This document shows, in pieces, positions 12,432 to 21,229 of a stretch of DNA of 64,000 nucleotides; within the stretch, counting starts at the first letter, position 1, and each line of letters begins with the position of its first letter. Made by a program: the position numbers and the translations under genes. The DNA lies in assembly GCA_964016885.1 (NCBI GenBank), contig OZ024743.1, positions 372,062,001-372,126,000 of the forward strand, written 5' to 3'. The stretch is from Eledone cirrhosa. Its lineage: Eukaryota. A model generated the notes under the pieces. The model ran no database searches. It was not told where the DNA came from and saw nothing but the letters and a program-made list of their open reading frames with translations.

Positions 12432-14755
12432 GATAATAATAGACAAACTAACCAAAATAACAACAATTTTAATTACGGTAACAACTTTAACAACTATAAT
12501 AGAAAGAATTACAATAATTCCAAAAACCAGAAAAGAAATAGAACTAGAAACATAATTTGGTTTGCCCCCCCCCCCCCTTCTCACTAAACATTAAAACCCA
12601 CATCGCTAAACTATTTTTTAATGCTCTTGACAAACGATTCCCTAGAACACATAAGTATCACTCAATTTTCAATAGACATACTATAAAATTAACCTACTCG
12701 TCCACCAAAAATTTAGCACAAAATATTAATAGAATAAATAATAGGAATCTAAAACCTAGCCAAAATACCGATAATAGCATAAACAATATTCAAGTAAACA
12801 ACTGTAACTGTAGAGATAGATCTAAATGCCCGTTAAATAACAATTGCTTAGTTAAAAATATAATATACAACTGTAATGTTAAAACTGACTTAAATTCTTT
12901 TAATTATGTTGGTTCCACCTCGACAGAATTTAAACTTCGCTATAATAATCACAAGAATTCTTTCACGGATCCAAACAAAAAATCTTCAACATCACTATCA
13001 GGTTTACTCTGGCAACTTAAACATGATAACGTTGGATATTCGATGGTTTGGAATATAGTCTCAAGAGGGATTCCTTTTAACTCCTCCTCTGAGACATGTG
13101 ACCTCTGCGCGGAGGAGATATTCTTTATACTAAAATCTAAAAATTCCCTTAATTTACGGACCAATTTATTCAGTTGCTGCAGACAGATTGAACTCAACTT
13201 TTAAATATAAATGTAAATTTAAAATGTTATATATTTACTTAAGACTTTTAATTATTTTAGAAAACTTGGCGATAAATCTTTCGATTCTTTCAATTCTTTA
13301 AACCTTCTTCATGAGTATATAATTAATAATGTAATTAAACTACCTTAAAATGGTGATGCTCCCAATCTATTGAATAAAATGTTTAAGCTAGATAAACTTC
13401 TATAATAAATATAAGAGCATCTGTAGAACAACCGGGTATCCTAAAGTTTTTTTTGAAAGATTTCTGCTAAATAAGTTTGGTGAATAATTTTGGTTTTGTT
13501 TGCTTTTGATTCTGATTGCTTCTAATGAACTTGGCAATATATTGTCAAATAAATTGGAAGGATTGATTGATATGCGGGGCACACTGTGTTTTATTACGGC
13601 CCTAGATATTCTGGGGAGTGAAATATTCTTGGCGTTTTTAATATTTTAATATATTGATATCTGTTCTATTCTATGCTTGAACGATAATCATGTAAGAGAG
13701 GGCAAGAATATTATTATTATTAATAATGTATATTTTATGTATATATATATGTATGTACATATATGTATGGTAAAATCTTTTTTAACGCAATGAAGATTTT
13801 CATGTGAAATAAAAATTTACAGAGCTGATCACGTAAACTCACATGTGTCTATAATGTCAATTTGAGATAACCTTCTCTTTTTCTTTCTCTTTTTTCTTTT
13901 TCTCTTTTTTCATGAAAATACATATATACTTATGTATTTCAGTATTTTTTTGAAGTTTTATATCAGATTTTGATTATAAACCTAAGAATTTTTAAACTAA
14001 ACATATAGTCATTATTTTTTCACACATAATTGATATGTGTCTCATTCATGAATATTGATATTTACATTATAATTCATAGGAATTGATAGACTGATGAAAC
14101 ATAATATTTTAAAACTATCATTTTTATTTCTAAGTATATCTCCTCTCCTCCTCCCTCTACACTTGACGGGACTTATGTATCGGCTGTTTTAACTCTATCT
14201 CCTGTATCTCAACCCTCCCCTATCTCTCCCACCTCGTATAATAGATATTACTCGATCTACCTCTCCTTATTTATTTTTGTTTTTATTTCTCCCCGTATCC
14301 TTAACACTAAATAAATAAATAAATAATTACAGTACCCCCTTCCCTCATAAATCTCTCATTTGGTGTTTTTCTCTTTACATACATTTCCTCATCTTCTTCA
14401 CCTTCCGCTCTTTCTTTTTCTTTTTTCCTTCTTTTTCTTTTTTCTCCGTCTTTCTTTCTAACTGTCCTTAACATTTTCACTACCATAACAACTTTTTAAA
14501 TGGAAGTTGTAAAATTTTTAAGGTATGTCAAATTTATTTATAAAACTGTTTATATATTGTATTTTGTCTGAAGAGGGCATACCATATTTTTAATATGATA
14601 TCCCTGAAATATATATAATGAAATAAATATGGTTTTATAAATGTAGTTTCCATTTGTTTAATATCGTAAAATACTCCAAAACCTGTTGAGTGCTTTTATA
14701 TCAGTTATAAAATATTTACTCGTTGTAACACAACAATTTTAAATAAAACTTTTGC
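12432..14755 (+). mobile_element. 5'-truncated Penelope-like element with GIY-YIG endonuclease ORF (12557-13204) and inverted pseudo-LTR
   Basis: PPFSLNIKT..FF..LDKRFP..HKYHSIFNRHTIKLTYS, CNCR...CPL..NCL..NIIY, YVGSTSTEFKLRYNNHKNSF, CDLC.EE, LNLR..LFSCCR: a PLE linker plus GIY-YIG domain. Confidence 0.9.
14560..14625 (+). ncRNA. Minimal type-I hammerhead ribozyme in PLE tail
   Basis: TATTTTGT-CTGAAGA-[GGGCATACCATATT ttt AATATGATATCCCT]-GAAA-TATATA-TA-ATGAAATA. Stem I has two G.U pairs; predicted cleavage after A14617. Confidence 0.85.
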
Positions 14756-14774
14756 ATATATGTATATATATATA

Positions 14775-14888
14775 AGTTGAAAAAAAATGAAAACGAAATT
14801 TCATTTCTCACTCTTTGTATGGCACTTACTTAAATGTAAGTATGTATGTATACGTACATACATATATGTATACAGACGTACAGTAGCA

Positions 14889-14926
<38 letters not shown>

Positions 14927-15160
14927 CATATATACATACAGGTACACATACATATATGCACGCATCAGTTTAGCGGACGCTTATTATAACGCCGCTTTGT
15001 TCGTTTGTAAACAAACTGAACAGCCTGAATTTATGCCATACGGTGTTAAGGTAACCACGTCACCTTTTTGTTCAACACTGACACAGGAACGATGTACTAG
15101 TTTCAAGCTTGTTAGCTATCATCAGCACCATTTACCCATCTGCCAGATAGTTGAACGTGT
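14775..15160 (-). mobile_element. Hammerhead-containing non-coding element (retrozyme or PLE pseudo-LTR type), copy 2
   Basis: Diverged reverse-complement match to about 20690-21022; embedded between (TA)n tracts. Confidence 0.7.
15089..15131 (-). ncRNA. Minimal type-I hammerhead ribozyme
   Basis: Minus strand ATGGTG-CTGATGA-TAGCTAACAAGCTT-GAAA-CTAG-TA-CATCGT; ACTAGT palindrome in stem III. Confidence 0.82.
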
Positions 15161-15237
15161 GTATATATATATGTGTATATATATATATTTATATGTGTGT
15201 ATATATATATGTGTATATATATGTGTGTATATATATA

Positions 15238-15278
<41 letters not shown>

Positions 15279-15285
15279 ATATATA

Positions 15286-15325
<40 letters not shown>

Positions 15326-15397
15326 TATATGTGTATATATATATATATATGTGTGTGTATATATATATACATATATATGTGTATATATATATATATA

Positions 15398-15432
<35 letters not shown>
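15160..15432. repeat. (TA)n/(TG)n microsatellite (others at about 14890-14960, 15655-15833, 16230-16412, 18790-19020)
   Basis: Seen directly; source of the spurious YIYI ORFs. Confidence 0.98.
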
Positions 15433-15433
<1 letters not shown>

Positions 15434-15654
15434 ACAAAGGAAATGTGGTAAGGAACCAGGTGGACCATAACGCACCAAAGTACTCAATACTTAGGTTAGT
15501 AGAGTGGGTAATAGGAACGAGTAGGACCTCGACGGCTGAGCTGAAGCCGTTTCGACGGCTAATTCTGGACTAAATACACATATATATAGATTTAGTCCAG
15601 AATTAGCCGTCGAAACGGCTTCAGCTCAGCCGTTGGGGTCCTACTCGTTCCTAT
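15432..15654 (-). mobile_element. Very short PLE-type tail with inverted duplication (palindrome 15511-15654) and hammerhead 3' half
   Basis: About 65-bp inverted arms. GAAACGGCT-TCAGCTC-AGCCGTC forms a stem III with a GUC cleavage triplet. ACTC/TTGAGT hairpin downstream; sits in (TA)n. Confidence 0.65.
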
Positions 15655-15708
15655 ATACACATATATATATATATATGTGTATATATATATATATGTGTAT
15701 ATATATAC

Positions 15709-15818
<110 letters not shown>

Positions 15819-15834
15819 ATATATATATATATAC

Positions 15835-16230
15835 ACCTTACCCAACTACACCTCTCAAAGTCAATGACACACGACCGTGACTTCTGGCGTCACGCAGTAA
15901 TACAGGGTACCCGACCTCCCATGGGTACATGCTGAAGCATATAAACAATATGCCCCCCCCCCCCCACCGCAAGGTGGTCGTGGAGGTGCCACGGCAAAAA
16001 AGCACCCAGCCCACACTGTAAAGTGGACGTGTAGGCGCCACGAAAAAGCACCCAGCACTCACTGTAAATGAGGTTGGTGTTAGGAAGGGCATCCAGCTGT
16101 AGAAATCAAGCCAGATCAGTTCCTGTATGAGCAAGGCATGGTCAGCCGACCAGACACTGCCCACAACAGGACAACCCGTCTAACCCATGCTAGCGTGGAA
16201 GAACGGACGTAAAACGGTGATGATGATGAT
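15835..16230 (+). mobile_element. RTE LINE 3' end, near-identical to 55520-55922
   Basis: Same [32 protein letters not shown] terminus, 3' UTR and (GAT)n tail. Confidence 0.9.
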
Positions 16231-16287
16231 ATATATATATATATATATGTGTATATATATATTGTTATACTTGGGGAGGGTCATATT

Positions 16288-16324
<37 letters not shown>

Positions 16325-16469
16325 ATATATATATATATGTGTGTATATATATATATATGTGTATATATATATATGTGTGTATATATATATGTGTATATAT
16401 ATATATATATATAAACCCATGCAAGCGTGGAAGATGGACGTTAAACGATGATGATGATGATATATATAT

Positions 16470-16640
16470 CCTGTGGGAGCCCCTACATGGACACACTGGA
16501 AGAGGAAGACCAAGGTTAACGTATGTTGATGCCCTAAGGACAGGCACTGGTCTGTTGGAGACGCAGGACATGGCAGCGATAATGAGGGACAGAGACCGCT
16601 GGAGGGAACTCGTCCATGGATCTCGGGAATTTTACCCGCC
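16470..16640 (+). mobile_element. Short 3' fragment of another RTE-type LINE
   Basis: [22 protein letters not shown]...[11 protein letters not shown], a typical RTE C-terminus. Confidence 0.7.
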
Positions 16641-16710
16641 ATATATATATATACATATACATATATATATATACATACATATATGTATGTATGTATATAT
16701 GTATGTATGT

Positions 16711-19075
16711 AGAGAGCACTTTGATGATCTTTTGAATCAGCCGTCTGTCGTCAGTGAAGATTTCCTCAATCTCATTCCAGAAAGTCCTGTGAAAGTAGCT
16801 CTCGCAGAACCTCCAACGCTTGTGGAGGTTGCAGTAGCTATCTCGAAGCTGAACAGTGGAAGATCTCCAGGTATGGATGGCATACATGCTGAGCTCCTAC
16901 AATATGGTGGTGAGAGACTCCTGCAACATCTTCACTCTTTGTTTGGCAGGATATGGGCTAATGAATCCGTACCTGAGGACTGGAGAGATGCAGTAATGTA
17001 CAAGGGAAAGGGTAACAGGAATGATTGTGGGAACTACAGAGGTATATCATTGCTTTCTGTCGTAGGGAAAGTTTTATGTAGGGTGCTTCTGGACCGTCTG
17101 CTGACACACATTGCAGATTGTGTTCTTCCTGAAAGTCAATCTGGTTTTCGTGCTGGACGCGGCACTACTGATATGATCTTCTCAGCTAGACAGCTCCAGG
17201 AGAAGTGCATGGAACAAGGCTTGGATCTGTATCAGGTTTTTGTCGATCTGACAAAAGCTTTCGATACTGTTAACAGAGATGCATTATGGAAGGTTCTCCA
17301 GAAACTTGGTTGCCCTAAGTTCCTTGCTTTAGTTAGGTCTTTCCATGAAGACATGAAGGCTTGGGTTAATGTCGGAGGTAACATGTCGGAGCCTATCTCA
17401 GTAAAAAATGGAGTGAAACAGGGGGATATTCCAGCACCGACCCTGTTTGCCATATACTTTGCAATGGTTTTCTGTATTGCATTCAGGAATTGCGAGCATG
17501 GTGTTTACATCCGATATCGAACCTCAGGCAGCATATTTAACATCAGGCGCTTTGCTGCAAAGACAAAAGTATTTACATCAATCATAAGAGACCTCTTGTA
17601 TGCAGATGATTGCGATCTTGTAGCGCACACAGAGAGTGATATGCAGCACATTTTGAATGCATTCTCTGACGCTTGCACTGCCCTAGGATTGACTGTCAGT
17701 CTCAAGAAAACCGTCGTCATGTACCAACCTGCCCCTAGTAAGCAGTACACTGAACCAAACATCTATGTGTATGGCAAACGACTTGGAGTGGTTGATCAGT
17801 TTGTCTACCTGGGAAGCACTGTCAATCGATACAGCAACCTTGACAGTGAAATCTCACTTAGGATTAGGAAAGCAAGTGATGCTTTCGGAAAGCTAGAAAG
17901 GCGACTCTGGGGTCGGCGAGACATATGCAGGGGGACAAAGGTAAAGGTGTACAAGGCATGTGTGCTCTCTTGTCTTCTTTATGCCTGCGAGACCTGGGTC
18001 ACATATCGACACCACCTTAAGCAATTGGAGCGTTTCCATCAGATGTGTCTCAGACGGATCCATGGCGTTCACTGGAGGGACCACATCAGTGATGTCGAGA
18101 TTTTGGAAAGCTCTATGTGTGACAGTATAGAAGTTCTTGTGCTTAAGCAATGACTCCGTTGAAGTGGTCACCTTGCCAGGATGAAGGATTCTAGAATACC
18201 AAAACAACTCTTTTATGGAGAGTTGGTTAAAGGAAAACGACCGCCACATAAACCAAAAAAGAGGTATAAGGATTCCTTGAAAGCCTCTTTGAAAGACGCT
18301 AACATCTCTGCTGATACATGGGAAAATATTGCTGCTGATCGTAATAAATGGAGAAAGACTGTATATGAGGGAAAAATTGCCTTTGAGGCATCTCGAATTG
18401 CATACGAGAAAGTAAAGCGGGATGTGAGGAAGGGCATTGCTGTTGCACTTCCAGACGGCGAGGGTCCTCCTATGGTGCTGACATGCAGCGTCTGTGCGAG
18501 ACTCTACCTAAGCAAAGCTGGACTCGAAAGTGATCTTCGCAGTCATAAAGTAAGACCAGTGGTTGACTACCAGGCTGCTGTTGGAGATGCTACTCATCAT
18601 GCTTGCCAAACATGTGGTAGAGAATGTAAATCAGCAGGAGGGCTCAAGCGACATGCAAAAGTACACGAACTCCAACCACAGCCGACTATTCCCAGTGAAT
18701 GTTTTGGTTGCCGACTCTGTGCAAGACATTTTAGATCATTGGCTGGGCTAAAAAGCCACATTCGATCGCAGTGCTGTTAGTTGCTATCGTGTGTGTGTGT
18801 GTGTATAGATGTGTTTATGTGTGTGCGTGTATGTGTATATATATATGTATATTATTGTTGTTGTTGTCGTTATTATTATTGTTGTTATTATTATTATTAT
18901 TGTTATTAATGTATATGTGTGTGTCTATATGTGTGTATATATGTATATGTATGTGTGTATATATATATATATATATTATTTTTTTTTATTTTTTATTTAT
19001 TTATTATTATTATTTTTTTTTCTCTTCGTGCAATGGCCATACTCGATAACGAGGGGGCAGCCATCATGTATGTAT
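16711..19075 (+). mobile_element. 5'-truncated RTE (BovB-like) LINE with RT and three C-terminal C2H2 fingers
   Basis: [54 protein letters not shown]. Two premature stops at about 18151-18163; ORF resumes 18181-18780. The 3' tail ends in (ATGT)n. Confidence 0.92.
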
Positions 19076-19079
19076 GTAT

Positions 19080-19375
19080 TAGTTAAGAGAGTGGGACTGA
19101 CTTTGTGCAGTGCCTTTGCTCACTATAAAAGCTTCACGGCACAGGCATTGCTTTATATCTGGAGATCTCTCTGCACTTGTCGTCACATGGTACCATGGAC
19201 CCAGCACTATGTGTCAATAATTGTCACAAGTGTAGTGTTTGTACCAGAGTTTTCAAGTCGCTGGCTGGACTAAAAAGTCACACTCGTTCAGCGCATCAGT
19301 AGGGGTTCTCCTACATGGATATAAAGTAGTGGCCGTACTAGAAAACGAGTTGCCAGTCACCATGTATGTATGTAT
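19080..19375 (+). mobile_element. 3' fragment of a related zinc-finger RTE
   Basis: CSVCTRVFKSLAGLKSHTRSAH and a tail (TGGCCGTACTAGAAAACGAG...CATGTATGT) paralleling 19033-19075. Confidence 0.7.
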
Positions 19376-19380
19376 ATATG

Positions 19381-19750
19381 GAGGCACATGGCTTAGTGGT
19401 TAGAGCATTGGGCTTGCAATCGAAAGGTTGTGAGTTCAATTCTCAGACCGGGTGATGTGTTGTTTCCTTGAGCAAGACATTTTATTTCACATTGCTCCAG
19501 TTTACTCAGCTGTAGAAATGAGATGATGATATCATTCCACTGCAAAGTGGTTGTGGAGGTGCCACGGCAAAAAAGCATCCAGCCCACACTGTAAAGTGGA
19601 CCTGTAGGCGCCACGAAAAAAAAGCACCCATCACTGTAAATGAGGTTGGTGTTAGGAAGGGCATCCAGCTGTAGAAATCAAGCAAGAATCCGTTCCTGTC
19701 CCACCCTTGCAAGCAGGAAAAAGCGGGCGTAAAATGATGATGATGAAGAT
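19381..19750 (+). mobile_element. tRNA-derived SINE with RTE-derived tail
   Basis: A-box TGGCTTAGTGG, B-box GAGTTCAATTC, CCTTGAGCAAGAC core, then GGTGTTAGGAAGGGCATCCAGCTGTAGAAA shared with RTE 3' UTRs, then (GAT)n. Confidence 0.85.
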
Positions 19751-19789
19751 GATATATATATATACACACACACATATATATATATATCA

Positions 19790-20490
19790 TTATCATCATC
19801 TTTTCCGTTAAACGTCAATTCTTCCCTGCTTGCATGGGTTAGATGGGTCGTCCATGCAGGGAGGGAAGTCTGGCCATGTCGTACCTTGCTCCGGTGAGGA
19901 CTGTAAATTTGCCCAGGTATTTTACAGCTGGATGCCCTTCCTAAAACCAACCACATTTACAGTGTGTGACCGGATGGCCCCATCATGAGGAGGGACAGGC
20001 CAGTTGGCCACACTGAACCCGTCTCACAATGGAACCACAGTTTTGGATCGAGACCCATCTCACAGCAGAACCATAGTTTAGGAGCCCGGTATTCGAAGGC
20101 ATCGATACAAGGAGCCTGACCCATCTCACAGCATAACCACCCTTTTGGGGCCAGTAATGGATGAGGAGGGACAGTTTAGGAGCCTGTTGTTGTATGGCAC
20201 CACTATGCGAAGAGGCCAGTTGGCGCCTAGTACTGGATGGCACTGATATGAGGAGCTTAACCCATCTCACAGTGTAGCCATAGTTTTGTGGCCCAGTATC
20301 GGATGGCACCGACATGAGGAGGTACAGATCAGTTGGTCAAACCCATCTCACAGTGTAGCCACAGTTTAGGAGCCTGATGCTGGATGACGCTGCTATGAAT
20401 ACTCTCCATGCGACGAACCAGTGAAACCACATTTTGTCAGCCTGGGACTGGATAGCGTCACTGTGAGTAGGGGTAGACCAGTTGGCCGTG
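19790..20490 (-). repeat. RTE/SINE-type tail followed by a degenerate tandem array (ACCCATCTCACAG motif)
   Basis: The motif recurs at about 20016, 20052, 20119, 20260 and 20341 with variable spacing. Confidence 0.6.
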
Positions 20491-20539
20491 CATATATATA
20501 TATAAATATATATATACACACACACACACACATGTATAT

Positions 20540-21023
20540 TATATTTAAGTAACAGCCGTACTAAGAGTGGGAAATGAAATATCGTTTCATTTTTTCCGTT
20601 TATCGTTTTCGGTGCACCCGGCCGATTAACCCACTCGATATGCAAATTGGGCTACTCAGCCGTTAATATGCATAAGGTAAGTATATATGTTCAACAATCT
20701 GGCAGGAAGGTATACGTTGCTGACGATAGCTAGCAAGCTTGAAACTAGTACAGCGTTCCTTTGTCAGTGTTGAACAAACGAGCAACGGTGGTTGCTAGAC
20801 ACTACGGCTTAATACGTCATGTTTGTTTACAAACACACCGAGCATTATAATAAATGTTCGGTGAATCCATACGTGCATATATATATGTGTGCATGTATGT
20901 ATATATATATATACATACTACTGTACGTCTGTATACATATATGTATGTACGTGTACATACTTATATTTAAGTAACAGCCGTACTAAGAGTGGGAAATGAA
21001 ATATCGTTTCATTTTTTCCGTTT
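20540..21023 (+). mobile_element. Retrozyme-like unit of about 422 bp with terminal direct repeat, copy 1
   Basis: ATATTTAAGTAACAGCCGTACTAAGAGTGGGAAATGAAATATCGTTTCATTTTTTCCGTTTA occurs at 20541 and 20963. Internal hammerhead; no ORF; (TA)n flanks. Confidence 0.75.
20714..20756 (+). ncRNA. Minimal type-I hammerhead ribozyme
   Basis: ACGTTG-CTGACGA-TAGCTAGCAAGCTT-GAAA-CTAG-TA-CAGCGT; predicted cleavage after A20750. Confidence 0.82.
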
Positions 21024-21229
21024 ATATATATATACTTATTTATTTAATCAATTTAAACGTCCGTACAGGGTTAGGAAGCCATGACAGACTAGGGGAAGTA
21101 TCGAGTACTCCTTACAGTTGGTATTCAAAGAGCTAGTGAGACGTAATAATTGTTTCTACTTTTGGTATAATGCCAGTGAGACAAATAATAATAATAACAA
21201 AAATAAAATAAAAAATTCAAATATTGAAG

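Larger units (their letters stand above)
10857..14668. repeat. Large near-perfect inverted repeat (arms 10857-12431 and 13098-14668; 666-bp spacer)
   Basis: The arms are reverse complements; the identical ORFs 11945-12127(+) and 13400-13582(-) reflect this. Outer boundary TACGATATTAAAC/GTTTAATATCGTA, inner boundary GCAGAGGTCAC/GTGACCTCTGC. Confidence 0.95.

Noticed and set aside
14084-14120. CTGATGA flanked by TGATAG/CTATCA as another hammerhead
   Set aside because: No GAAA, stem III or cleavage triplet in the right geometry.
16249-18153. 634-aa ORF as one protein
   Set aside because: Chance in-frame chain of microsatellite, an RTE tail, a short RTE 3' fragment and a separate 5'-truncated RT.
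19381-19455. tRNA gene
   Set aside because: A/B boxes are present, but the sequence continues into a SINE core and tail.
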